Below, piece after piece: positions 1 through 8,157 of a DNA stretch of 24,901 nt. A model generated the notes under the pieces. That model searched no databases, had not been told where the DNA came from, and saw only the letters and a program-made list of their open reading frames with translations. How positions within the stretch are numbered: the first letter of the stretch is position 1; the number at the start of each line of letters is the position of its first letter. The stretch comes from a virus (lineage: Duplodnaviria > Caudoviricetes), in the IMG/VR virus record IMGVR_UViG_3300017721_000693, positions 1 to 24,901 of that record; one strand, 5' to 3'. Position numbers and translations under genes: made by a program.

Positions 1-174
1 CAGTGTGTAACCTTCACCAGTTGATGTCTCCTCTACCAATTCTTCAATGGTAAGTAACTCTAACTTGAGACGATACTCCTCTGGTGTGTCATCATCAGGA
101 TCATAATCATCATGACAAAGATAATCCCACTCATGTACAAGTGCATCAATCAGTTGTTCTTTGGTGTAAGTCAT
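1..174 (-). CDS. small acidic cyanophage hypothetical protein (runs off the left edge)
   Basis: Translated by hand from ATG 174: MTYTKEQLIDALVHEWDYLCHDDYDPDDDTPEEYRLKLELLTIEELVEETSTGEGYTL..., no stop. ATGA overlap with the stop of 171..365. Not in the ORF track. Confidence 0.75.
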   Translation of the reverse strand, partial: MTYTKEQLIDALVHEWDYLCHDDYDPDDDTPEEYRLKLELLTIEELVEETSTGEGYTL

Positions 175-365
175 TCAAATACTGGCATCAAACGTCTACG
201 CATCTCTCTTAGTTGCTCAGGATCATTACCATAATACCCCATATTCATATAAACACAATCCAAATACTTCAACTCATTACGATGAGAGTCCATTGTAAAC
301 TGATCACAGTACCTCAAAATCTCTTGAGGTACTTCTACCTGCTGGTAATCATATTCAATAAACAC
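171..365 (-). CDS. hypothetical protein
   Basis: 64 aa ORF in a tightly packed co-oriented run; stop overlaps the next start. Confidence 0.7.
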   Translation of the reverse strand: MFIEYDYQQVEVPQEILRYCDQFTMDSHRNELKYLDCVYMNMGYYGNDPEQLREMRRRLMPVFE

Positions 366-375
366 AATTCAATCC

Positions 376-747
376 TCAACGACTGTAAAGATAACTACCT
401 GCCCAATCTGCGTTCTCAAACAACCATTCACGTTGTTCAATCAATCGCAGATCAAAACGAACACCTTTAGCAGGTGATTTATATGATGCTGCTTTGTAAA
501 CTTCACCAGTCTTCTTGTCAATGAAGGCATGAACTGATTCAGTCTGACCATCTACACACTGCATCACTTTATGGTACTTACGACCAGAGATCAGTGCATA
601 AGAATAGTTGCGACCACTATTTGGATACTGACGTTGATGATTTTGCTGGAGAGCATCACAAAGCATCAGACTATACTTGGTGACATTCAACTGAATGGTG
701 TTCTGAGCATCCTTCTGAGCAACGTAGTCGGTGAAGGTGGCAGTCAT
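376..747 (-). CDS. conserved T4-like cyanophage hypothetical (probable early) protein
   Basis: Motifs GRKYHKV, SVHAFIDKKTGEVYKAASYKSPAKGVRF, DWAGSYLY. Start moved to ATG 747 (MTATF), downstream of the TATACT -10 at 769-774. Confidence 0.8.
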   Translation of the reverse strand: MTATFTDYVAQKDAQNTIQLNVTKYSLMLCDALQQNHQRQYPNSGRNYSYALISGRKYHKVMQCVDGQTESVHAFIDKKTGEVYKAASYKSPAKGVRFDLRLIEQREWLFENADWAGSYLYSR

Positions 748-768
748 AGGTGATTTGCTGATGAACTT

Positions 769-825
769 AGTATAGGGCAAATAGAGGCATCAACTGACTC
801 CATTGGGACACTTAGTCAAGTGTCC
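769..825 (-). promoter_or_regulatory. probable early promoter: -10 TATACT with upstream palindrome GGACACTT-N4-AAGTGTCC
   Basis: Perfect 8-bp inverted repeat at 806-825, 31 nt upstream of TATACT (769-774). The same layout recurs at 24752-24807. Confidence 0.7.
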
Positions 826-949
826 TCCTCTGAATTGTTGAATCATAGTAGTTCATCATCTTACCATCACGTTCTGCTAAGAACAGCAGGTAACATGTGA
901 GAGCGACAAAGGCAAAGATGCCGCCCAGGAGATACTGTGTGATTTTCAT
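812..949 (-). CDS. 45-aa predicted single-pass membrane protein
   Basis: Translated by hand: MKITQYLLGGIFAFVALTCYLLFLAERDGKMMNYYDSTIQRRTLD*. Hydrophobic N-terminal helix; fills the gap between neighbouring genes. Confidence 0.65.
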   Translation of the reverse strand: MKITQYLLGGIFAFVALTCYLLFLAERDGKMMNYYDSTIQRRTLD

Positions 950-953
950 TAGA

Positions 954-1127
954 TTAGTTGTACCCCATACCATTCAAAATAGCGCGACGAGCACCCATTG
1001 CCATAGACTGACAAGAGAAGGTATCAATCAAGATCCAGTCCTCCTTCCAATAGAGTGCCCACCTAGTGCTGCCCCATACTTGCTTGACTGCCATGGGATT
1101 GTCAAGTCCAAGAGGATAGGATGCCAT
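954..1127 (-). CDS. hypothetical protein
   Basis: Track ORF 954..1148. ATG 1127 (MASYPLG) preferred because a TATGAT -10-like hexamer lies just upstream of 1148. Confidence 0.6.
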   Translation of the reverse strand: MASYPLGLDNPMAVKQVWGSTRWALYWKEDWILIDTFSCQSMAMGARRAILNGMGYN

Positions 1128-1161
1128 AAGATCGTGTGCATTACCCACATATCATAGCAGA

Positions 1162-1506
1162 TCAAGAGACTGGTGGGGTTCGGAACTTATCTATCTTAAT
1201 AGTTCCATCATCTTCGCTAGAGATATAGTATTCATCAATAACAGATGTGATACTATCCTTCACATCTACATCTTCTTCTACAGGACCGTAGTATCCCATT
1301 TTGAAGAGGAGATCCCTACACTTATCGTAATATTTTTTAAAGTATGCTGCATCACTTTTTATTACATCAATAAGATCATTATATGTTTGTTGAGCATCAA
1401 GTTGTTCATCTGAGATATAATCAAACACTGCTTCGTCAAGACGTTCTTTACGTTGAGAAGAGTATGATTTTGTACTCATTTGTTCATCGGAAGATTCATA
1501 AACCAT
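1162..1506 (-). CDS. hypothetical acidic protein
   Basis: 114 aa; GGAGA SD-like sequence upstream of the ATG. Confidence 0.7.
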   Translation of the reverse strand: MVYESSDEQMSTKSYSSQRKERLDEAVFDYISDEQLDAQQTYNDLIDVIKSDAAYFKKYYDKCRDLLFKMGYYGPVEEDVDVKDSITSVIDEYYISSEDDGTIKIDKFRTPPVS

Positions 1507-1532
1507 TTTAATAATTCTCCAAATTTTTAAAC

Positions 1533-2600
1533 CTATCGGACATCATGTCCTCCAAACATTGCTCGCATACCATTCAGAACCTTGGCAGTGAAAGCACCAA
1601 GACGGCGCGACTCAAAACGTGCCCACAACGCACTGCTGATGACAGGAGCGGGTACGCCAAGATCCACAGCAGCGTGAACAGTCCAACGTCCTTCACCAGA
1701 ATCTGATACTCCCCCATCGAACTTGCTAAGCTCTCTATCGCTGCGTAAAACATCAGCGGTAAGATCAAGTAACCAACTACCAACAACGCTACCCCGACGC
1801 CAACACTCAGCAACCTTAGCAACGTCAATGTCATACTGATAATCGGCAGGGTTGTCCATTGGGGCGACCTCGGCATCTCCTGCTTTAACATACTTAGAAC
1901 CTGCATTTGCTTCATGAATAATGTTAAATCCCTCTGCATATGCTTGCATTATACCGTATTCTATGCCATTGTGAACCATCTTCACAAAATGCCCTGCCCC
2001 AGGTTCGCCACAATGCATCCAACCAAATTCTTCTGGGTACATTACATAGGAACCATCCCCTGTGCGTGGGGCAGCACTGATTCCTGGAGCAAGTGCATCG
2101 AAGAGAGAACGGCAGATGGATACTGCATAATCTGAACCACCAACCATAAGACAGTATCCACGCTCCAAACCGTAAACACCACCGCTAGTACCACAGTCAA
2201 GATACGCGACACCCAACTTTGAACAATACTCTGCCCGTCTCCTACTGTCCTTAAAATTGCTATTGCCATGATCAATAATAATATCTCCTTCACCACAAAA
2301 TTGTAGTAACTCATTTAGCGTATCCTCTACTGATTCTGCTGGGACAACCATCATAAAGATGCCTGGTTGTTGTGTAATGATTGTCTCTCCAGATTTTTCC
2401 CCGTAGATACATTCTTTTTGTTTTACTACTTGAACAAGAGTTTCCACAGAAGTGGTACATCCACTGATATAACCCGCTTCATATTGCTCTTCAGATTTTT
2501 TATAGTTGTTGCGATATCCATGCACTTCATGTCCTGCTGTAATAAGACGACGGGACATTCCTTCACCCATTCGTCCAAGTCCAATAATTCCAACTTTCAT
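1533..2600 (-). CDS. gnd: 6-phosphogluconate dehydrogenase, decarboxylating (short type; auxiliary metabolic gene)
   Basis: Rossmann motif GIIGLGRMG, plus MMVVPA, IIIDHGNS, DCGTSGG, GAGHFVKMVHNGIEYG, VSDSGEGRWT and C-terminal MRAMFGGH. Confidence 0.96.
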   Translation of the reverse strand: MKVGIIGLGRMGEGMSRRLITAGHEVHGYRNNYKKSEEQYEAGYISGCTTSVETLVQVVKQKECIYGEKSGETIITQQPGIFMMVVPAESVEDTLNELLQFCGEGDIIIDHGNSNFKDSRRRAEYCSKLGVAYLDCGTSGGVYGLERGYCLMVGGSDYAVSICRSLFDALAPGISAAPRTGDGSYVMYPEEFGWMHCGEPGAGHFVKMVHNGIEYGIMQAYAEGFNIIHEANAGSKYVKAGDAEVAPMDNPADYQYDIDVAKVAECWRRGSVVGSWLLDLTADVLRSDRELSKFDGGVSDSGEGRWTVHAAVDLGVPAPVISSALWARFESRRLGAFTAKVLNGMRAMFGGHDVR

Positions 2601-2610
2601 AATTACCTAT

Positions 2611-2856
2611 TCAATACATGTTATTAGATGTGAGTTCTGGCGAATTACTTGACCAAAACTCTTTCCAATCGTCTTCAGATGCTTCTGTAATATTAGTTAG
2701 AGTAGAACGCTCTGATGTCATTGTCTGATAGTTTTTAATTGCAATAATAATATCAGTATAATCATTATACCATTTACTATTACAAACCTCGTTAGTACGA
2801 CGGTTCTCCAATGCTTTAATAATGAGACTTAATTGATATTTACTCAATTCTGGCAT
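2611..2856 (-). CDS. hypothetical protein
   Basis: Track ORF 2611..2913. ATG 2856 (MPELSKY) has a GAGGGTGA SD-like sequence and an upstream TGnTAGACT extended -10. Confidence 0.6.
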   Translation of the reverse strand: MPELSKYQLSLIIKALENRRTNEVCNSKWYNDYTDIIIAIKNYQTMTSERSTLTNITEASEDDWKEFWSSNSPELTSNNMY

Positions 2857-2916
2857 AGTTGTGTCACCCTCAAACGGTTCCAGTCTACCATATGTATCAC
2901 AGTAAGCAAGCAATTG

Positions 2917-3099
2917 TCAGTCAACCTGCATATTTGCTATAGACTTAATTGTTTCCGTTTGCTTTAAATATAGTTTGACGTAAGATCTGAGCATATTCTT
3001 AAGCACACTGGGATCATTACAACTCTCAATTTCACGAGAGATCTTCTCATATGAAAACAAATTGGTGGTAGTATTCAGTTTTATATCATCTGGATTCAT
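2917..3099 (-). CDS. small helical cyanophage hypothetical protein
   Basis: 60 aa, FSYEKISREIE...YVKLYLKQ; co-oriented and tightly packed. Confidence 0.7.
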   Translation of the reverse strand: MNPDDIKLNTTTNLFSYEKISREIESCNDPSVLKNMLRSYVKLYLKQTETIKSIANMQVD

Positions 3100-3103
3100 G
3101 TTC

Positions 3104-3286
3104 TTATTGATCTAAATTTATATCTTGCTTAGTATTTAATCTACTACTAGATATCTGAGTAAACGGATCGTTTTCGTAGTATGATTCCCATTCTTGAGGT
3201 CTCCAAGAGTTTACATCCTTACGAATCTCCTCAATCTTCTCCTCAATCTCTTTGAGTTTATATTCAATACGTTCCCAAGCTTGCAT
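3104..3286 (-). CDS. small coiled-coil hypothetical protein
   Basis: 60 aa, directly downstream of the consensus promoter at 3310-3339. Confidence 0.65.
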   Translation of the reverse strand: MQAWERIEYKLKEIEEKIEEIRKDVNSWRPQEWESYYENDPFTQISSSRLNTKQDINLDQ

Positions 3287-3309
3287 TTATTCCCAGCATA
3301 TGCCCATAT

Positions 3310-3339
3310 ATTATAAGACCCCCATGACACCTATGTCAA
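3310..3339 (-). promoter_or_regulatory. sigma70-type promoter TTGACA-N18-TATAAT
   Basis: Minus strand reads TTGACA (3339-3334), 18 nt, TATAAT (3315-3310). Intergenic; overlaps an inverted repeat. Confidence 0.8.
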
Positions 3340-3369
3340 GGGGGGATAGAATTAAAATTTACAGAGTGC

Positions 3370-3567
3370 TCATACTAGTTTACTCTCCAAAGTTTTATCC
3401 GATAAAATCTCTTTACAAATTCTTTTGCATTTTGATTGTGCGTCATCGCATTCAATTAAACATTCAAAGTAATCGTTGATTGCTCCCTCCATTGCAGTGC
3501 ATTGGTCAACTCTTTGCTCGAATCTTCTCCATTCTGCTAACTGGTTAAAAGAAATTAAATTATGCAT
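3370..3567 (-). CDS. small Cys-rich protein resembling a marine picocyanobacterial hypothetical family
   Basis: MHNLISFNQLAEW...INDYFECLIECDDAQSKCKRICKEIL (C-x3-C-x6-C-x3-C). ATG 3567 preferred. Family resemblance is from recall only. Confidence 0.75.
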   Translation of the reverse strand: MHNLISFNQLAEWRRFEQRVDQCTAMEGAINDYFECLIECDDAQSKCKRICKEILSDKTLESKLV

Positions 3568-3649
3568 GATAGAATCATCCTTCAAAAGTACTTTTTTACA
3601 TAATGTGGTGCAATTTGATCACATAAGCAACTCCCTCTCCTCTACCCAT

Positions 3650-3690
3650 ATTATATAGCATAGTTTGTGTTAATTCACTAACATTTGTTA
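3650..3690 (-). promoter_or_regulatory. promoter (-10 TATAAT) with palindrome TGTTA-N6-TAACA over the -35 region
   Basis: ATTATA at 3650-3655; TGTTAATTCACTAACA at 3668-3683. Confidence 0.5.
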
Positions 3691-3704
3691 ACTTGAGACA
3701 TAAC

Positions 3705-4067
3705 TTAAGACTTCACAATATTTGTTACCACTTCTAAGATGCCATCACGAAATAATAGTTTACATTCAGGGAATGGAGCATACTTACAATCCCACTTCTC
3801 AGGATATACTGTGATAGAAGAACTTAAGTAGACAGGAGAACATCTACCATGGTTGCCATTCCTAATCCACCCAAATCCAAATGCATTATTAGCATCTTCA
3901 CAAAAATCATGGGTTCCATCACAATTAATCTCCCATAATTGTCCTGCTGGATCTATCCAAAAATTACGCATCATTGGCGTCGTACAAATATTTTTAGTTT
4001 GAAGGACTCTATTATTAAATCCAGGTCCAATGTCGTAATTATTCCTAATGTTGTCGTACATGCTCAT
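3705..4067 (-). CDS. phage hypothetical protein
   Basis: 120 aa, MSMYDNI...LQTK...FWIDPAGQLW; overlaps the stop of the upstream gene. Confidence 0.75.
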   Translation of the reverse strand: MSMYDNIRNNYDIGPGFNNRVLQTKNICTTPMMRNFWIDPAGQLWEINCDGTHDFCEDANNAFGFGWIRNGNHGRCSPVYLSSSITVYPEKWDCKYAPFPECKLLFRDGILEVVTNIVKS

Positions 4068-4479
4068 AACGTTCTCTCTTAGGATCTTTATTTAAATAAT
4101 TACCTCTCCAGTCACAATATTTGATACAAAAATCAATATCCCAACCAAGATTTTTATCGGCAGATTTTATACTTTTTGCTTTATGAACTTTACCTGTAGT
4201 AAAATCAACAAAGGCATGGGGAATGAGATCAAATTCTTCATCAATTCTACAAATTTTAAAGTATTTCTTATTACGTTTTTCGCAGTCAATAACAAATGCA
4301 CCTATTTCTAGATTGTTTTCAATCTCTCTACGTTTGAATTTAGTATCAAGAGTAATACCTTGAGTCTCCTCTATCCTACCTATGCGCCAAAGAGTTTCTC
4401 TTCTATAATCTTTATTAAGAGCAAGGCATAACAATCCCACTTTGTTTAAGATCTTCCACTTGCTACCATCCCACTCCAT
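4045..4479 (-). CDS. hypothetical protein, paralog of 376..747
   Basis: KKYFKI...PHAFVDFTTGKVHKAKSIKSADK...DWRGNYL aligns with the motifs of the 376..747 protein. Confidence 0.75.
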   Translation of the reverse strand: MEWDGSKWKILNKVGLLCLALNKDYRRETLWRIGRIEETQGITLDTKFKRREIENNLEIGAFVIDCEKRNKKYFKICRIDEEFDLIPHAFVDFTTGKVHKAKSIKSADKNLGWDIDFCIKYCDWRGNYLNKDPKRERYEHVRQH

Positions 4480-4484
4480 AAAAA

Positions 4485-4712
4485 CTATCGCGATTTAATA
4501 ATATCTATATCAGTTTTCCAATCTTCTTTGAACCTAAAGTTCTCATTAAGATCGAAGTACATTCTATGATTCTCTGTTTGAATATAATATCCAGTCAAAT
4601 TTGAACCATCATCAGTCCAACCATAACTGATAACTCTCTCATCAATATTTTGAATGTCCAACTTTCTACTAGTATGAAGATAGTGGTTGAACCTTTGATG
4701 TAAGTTAATCAT
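4485..4712 (-). CDS. cyanophage hypothetical protein
   Basis: 75 aa with its own promoter at 4737-4765. Confidence 0.75.
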   Translation of the reverse strand: MINLHQRFNHYLHTSRKLDIQNIDERVISYGWTDDGSNLTGYYIQTENHRMYFDLNENFRFKEDWKTDIDIIKSR

Positions 4713-4736
4713 AGAATGTATTTGGAATGTCTTGAT

Positions 4737-4765
4737 ATTCTAACATTATCTAGGATAGTTGTAAA
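4737..4765 (-). promoter_or_regulatory. sigma70-type promoter TTTACA-N17-TAGAAT (TG-extended)
   Basis: Read on the minus strand in the intergenic gap; TGT precedes TAGAAT. Confidence 0.6.
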
Positions 4766-4788
4766 TTCTCTTTCACATCCCTTAAGAT

Positions 4789-5019
4789 TTAGTCGTTCAA
4801 ACCAGTGATCGGACCCCAACTACCAGAATCACCATCTTTACGATTATCCAATTTATCAAAAATCTCATCAATAGACTTCATCTGCTCAATATTAGATATC
4901 ATCTCAGCAATAGTCTTACAAACAAAAGGTTTTTCTCCTCTTGCAGCAAATGCAAGAGCATTGCGGAGACTTGCTTCTGCATCATCAAGTGATTCTGTTA
5001 CTGAATTAGATAGTGCCAT
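4789..5019 (-). CDS. cyanophage hypothetical protein
   Basis: 76 aa, MALSNSVTESLDDAEASLRNALAFAARGEKP. Confidence 0.8.
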   Translation of the reverse strand: MALSNSVTESLDDAEASLRNALAFAARGEKPFVCKTIAEMISNIEQMKSIDEIFDKLDNRKDGDSGSWGPITGLND

Positions 5020-5040
5020 TTAAAAAAATGCATTTGCATC

Positions 5041-5069
5041 ATTATAACATCAAGTGAACCAAGTTACAA
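5041..5069 (-). promoter_or_regulatory. sigma70-type promoter TTGTAA-N17-TATAAT (TG-extended)
   Basis: ATTATA at 5041-5046, TTACAA at 5064-5069; lies 21 nt before ATG 5019. Confidence 0.65.
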
Positions 5070-6216
5070 TAGAGTAACGTGTACCATTTGTAACTTCCAT
5101 AATCTCATGTGGGAACATAAAATTGGCAGGAAACAGTATTACATCTCCCAATCCAACCATTATTTGTAGTTCTTTATTCCAAAATGCCATAGCACCACCC
5201 TCATAATCATTATTAAGATTAATAGACATTGCTACTGTACGAGGTTGTTCATTAAAACTATCAGTATGTTGACTATAAAAACCACCAGTTTTATACCTTA
5301 GTAGATTATACCCACTATCCTCTTTTAAAAAGCACGATGGGAAATCTTTTGCATATAATTTAGCAGCAAGATCTACTTTTTTAAATATCAGTTGATCAAT
5401 ATTAACTCTATTAAGATCGTTTTTAATGACATCAGGTGTAGAGATGGATATCAGGTCACAATTGCGAACATCTCTATTCTCTCTTGCATCAGAACTTACC
5501 TTTGCAGTCTCCCATTCACTACAATCAACATATTCATCAAGAATCATCTTACACTCATCTGGTGTAAAGATGTTATTATATACCTTGACATAATCATTCA
5601 AACTATTTGATGCAAATTGAGAGTTATCCACTTCTTTTACTTCGATCACCTCTTTTTTAAGTTCATCATCACGATATCTGTGGTCTTTGTCAAAATAATA
5701 TTTAAAAAATGGCCCTTGCGATCTAACATAATGCAAGAATACTTGAGTGCATGATTCCCCATCAAATGAATCTCTACCATGCTGTGCATCCATACCAAGA
5801 TATAACATAGCATCACCTGGGTTTAGAGAAACATATTCTCTACCCTGTGGGGTCTCAATCCATATATCCCATACCTTATCACACTCCAAATTTACAGTCA
5901 AAGAGATTTCACATTGAGGTTTATCTACATGACCAGTAAGTATGTTACCATGGCGATAATTCCTAGAATAACAATATGTTGGTAAGACATTCTCACCCAC
6001 CAACTGACACACAGTTTGATTTTTCTCTACCAACAATTCAATAAATGGTGGAAAATCATATTTTGCAATGCATCCATCCACTTGAGGATCATGCACAGTC
6101 TCAAACTGTTTGTAATGCGAATTAAAATTATCAGATAACTCTTTTGCTCTTGAGCATGATATAAAGTTAGGAACAAGAAGATACTTGTTCTCAATCAGTT
6201 TTTGATTCATCATCAC
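5050..6216 (-). CDS. tandem two-domain 2OG-Fe(II) oxygenase (C-terminal domain prolyl-4-hydroxylase-like)
   Basis: Domain 1: GHVD...EISLT...GDAMLY...HGR. Domain 2: LLRYKTGGFYSQHTD...DYEGG...FPANFMFPHEI...GTRYSIVTW. Two HxD...H triads. Confidence 0.88.
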   Translation of the reverse strand: MMMNQKLIENKYLLVPNFISCSRAKELSDNFNSHYKQFETVHDPQVDGCIAKYDFPPFIELLVEKNQTVCQLVGENVLPTYCYSRNYRHGNILTGHVDKPQCEISLTVNLECDKVWDIWIETPQGREYVSLNPGDAMLYLGMDAQHGRDSFDGESCTQVFLHYVRSQGPFFKYYFDKDHRYRDDELKKEVIEVKEVDNSQFASNSLNDYVKVYNNIFTPDECKMILDEYVDCSEWETAKVSSDARENRDVRNCDLISISTPDVIKNDLNRVNIDQLIFKKVDLAAKLYAKDFPSCFLKEDSGYNLLRYKTGGFYSQHTDSFNEQPRTVAMSINLNNDYEGGAMAFWNKELQIMVGLGDVILFPANFMFPHEIMEVTNGTRYSIVTWFT

Positions 6217-7237
6217 TCACTTCTTGAACTAGACTTTCCAATACTATTCCAGTATCATCCACAGATATCAATTCTTCAATCTCAGCAACAATTTGTTCAT
6301 CAGAATCATCATCGAATAATAATTCTAAGTTAAATTCATCGTCAAGTACAGACATATCAACATCGTTGAAGTCTTTTTTTATGTCTTTTTGAGGTTCTTC
6401 TGATTCCTGTTCTGCAAGTAATGTTGAAAGATCATCTTTTGCATCAGTATCTTCATCTAAAGGAATTGGTTCATCAGCAAAGTGACTATCTTCAATTACA
6501 TCATCAAACAAACTATCATCAACATTACCATCAAATAAAGTAATATTATCGTATTTTACATTATTAGTATATGTTGCTTCCTGACCCTCAACAATGTCTT
6601 GCCCATAAAACAACTCTTCATGTTGACGGGAGATCTCTTTATGAACAGTCTCCATCTGTTGGTCATGATCCACCAACATTTCATTAAGTGCTTCTTCATG
6701 TCTAACTTCTTGACCATGCATTTCTGAAGTCAATTCATTATATAAACTTCTATCACTCTCTGCTTCTCTCATCATCTCCATGATAGAAGAGGCATGACGT
6801 TCTTCTTGTTCGCGCACTTGTAGTTGCAACTTATCATACAACATCCTATCTTGAGATAGATTTTCCTTCAGAGTTTTATCATGCCGTGCTTGCATTTCTT
6901 CCATCTGAGTTTCAAGCTCTCGCATTGCCTCAGACCAAGAATATTGATCTTTTTTTTCTTGCTCAGATTGTGCTTTTTCCTCTTGTTCTTTCTTTTCAAC
7001 AGTATCTTGCCACAATTCAACGTAACGTTGAAGGCATTCTTTTGTTACTGGATCGTTTTGTCTGTCAGCAGAATCATATTCAATATGACCAATACCATTC
7101 TCAGATCCATCATCTTTCCACTGAATTGCCCAAAGATGATCAATTTCTTTAAATGGCCAATCTTCTTCAGAAAACCAGATACCTTTTCCATCAATATTGA
7201 TGTACCTATCTTCTTCAATTAAAGTAAATTTTTTCAT
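6191..7237 (-). CDS. acidic coiled-coil protein; N-terminus possibly fibre-assembly-like
   Basis: N-terminal HLWAIQW...GHIEY region, central repeated helical segments, very D/E-rich tail. Function inferred from context only. Confidence 0.7.
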   Translation of the reverse strand: MKKFTLIEEDRYINIDGKGIWFSEEDWPFKEIDHLWAIQWKDDGSENGIGHIEYDSADRQNDPVTKECLQRYVELWQDTVEKKEQEEKAQSEQEKKDQYSWSEAMRELETQMEEMQARHDKTLKENLSQDRMLYDKLQLQVREQEERHASSIMEMMREAESDRSLYNELTSEMHGQEVRHEEALNEMLVDHDQQMETVHKEISRQHEELFYGQDIVEGQEATYTNNVKYDNITLFDGNVDDSLFDDVIEDSHFADEPIPLDEDTDAKDDLSTLLAEQESEEPQKDIKKDFNDVDMSVLDDEFNLELLFDDDSDEQIVAEIEELISVDDTGIVLESLVQEVSDDESKTD

Positions 7238-7569
7238 TCTTTTTCAACCTCTTCAACTTGTGCTGGAATTACTTTTGTGGTTCTTGCTTCATGAAGCATC
7301 TGTGCAGCAGCAGAGAGGACATTAATGTTACTCTCGTTTGCATTTACCATCTCATTTCTAAATGACTCTACAGCAGCACTAGTAGATCTCTGCTGATTAG
7401 AATTTTCAATTGTCAACATTGGCATCCATGTGACAGCACACCCCCATTCATCCACTGGTTCACCAGTCTGGGGATGCATTCCTCTAATTTGAGTATACCA
7501 TGAACACTCTAAACCGATACAATCTTTACCGATTAGAGGACAAAATTTACCAACTTCAAGTTTAGCCAT
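7234..7569 (-). CDS. Cys-containing phage hypothetical protein adjacent to short fibre-like genes
   Basis: CPLIGKDCIGLECSWY...HPQTGEPVDEWGCA...AAVESFRNEMV; four Cys; GGAG upstream of the ATG. Confidence 0.8.
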   Translation of the reverse strand: MAKLEVGKFCPLIGKDCIGLECSWYTQIRGMHPQTGEPVDEWGCAVTWMPMLTIENSNQQRSTSAAVESFRNEMVNANESNINVLSAAAQMLHEARTTKVIPAQVEEVEKE

Positions 7570-7598
7570 TACAACTCCATGTCAAATTTATCATACCA

Positions 7599-7605
7599 TA
7601 TTTAG
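7599..7605 (-). promoter_or_regulatory. possible T4-type late promoter (CTAAATA)
   Basis: Overlaps the stop of 7602..8156, about 30 nt before ATG 7569; variant of the gp55-recognised TATAAATA. Confidence 0.45.
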
Positions 7606-8156
7606 TTCAAACTGCAAACTATTACATTAATATATTGAACACCTAAATCAATTACAAGATTAGTATTCTCATCTACTACTGCACTCCCACTCCAAGGGTG
7701 ATCATGGACACTACCACCACCAGCAGGAACCATAGTACCAGTATTACTACTTCCAGATTGCAATCTAGCACCAGTATTACTAAATGGTGTAGCACCAGCA
7801 CCACCTGCTGGACCAAAAAGACTCGGGTGGGTATGGTCAGGTAATTGTGCAAGTGACAGTGTATGATTACCAACACTACCAGTTACAGGAAATGTTCCTG
7901 ATAATGCCACTGCGAGTGATGCTGTTGATTTTAATACACTAGTCCAATTCTGTACACCTCCAGTACCACCTCCAGCAGAGTTTACAACACGAAGTGCTCT
8001 ATTATTTTTGCTAGTATCTTGTGTCCACCTTACAGGAGCTGCTGCTTGATAAAATACCTTCTTTGTTCCTGCAGGATATTGCCAGTAATAACTATTAATC
8101 TTATTACTTGGATCCAGTAGATCAAAATCTATTCCGTTCGCTGTTAATCTTGCCAT
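7602..8156 (-). CDS. short tail-fibre/collar-like protein with HxH motifs
   Basis: FYQAAAPVRWTQ...NNRALRVV, Gly-rich, HTLSLAQLPDHTH, HDHPWSGS, QYINVIVC. Confidence 0.7.
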   Translation of the reverse strand: MARLTANGIDFDLLDPSNKINSYYWQYPAGTKKVFYQAAAPVRWTQDTSKNNRALRVVNSAGGGTGGVQNWTSVLKSTASLAVALSGTFPVTGSVGNHTLSLAQLPDHTHPSLFGPAGGAGATPFSNTGARLQSGSSNTGTMVPAGGGSVHDHPWSGSAVVDENTNLVIDLGVQYINVIVCSLN

Positions 8157-8157
8157 A

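Noticed and set aside
3370-3585. Cys-rich small protein as CP12
   Set aside because: Its Cys spacing (C-x3-C-x6-C-x3-C) and C-terminus do not match CP12; 9034..9264 fits better.
3568-3650. Glutamine (glnA/downstream-peptide) riboswitch in the leader
   Set aside because: I could not find the expected CGTTC...GGAAGTA...GAAGGAACG-like segments.
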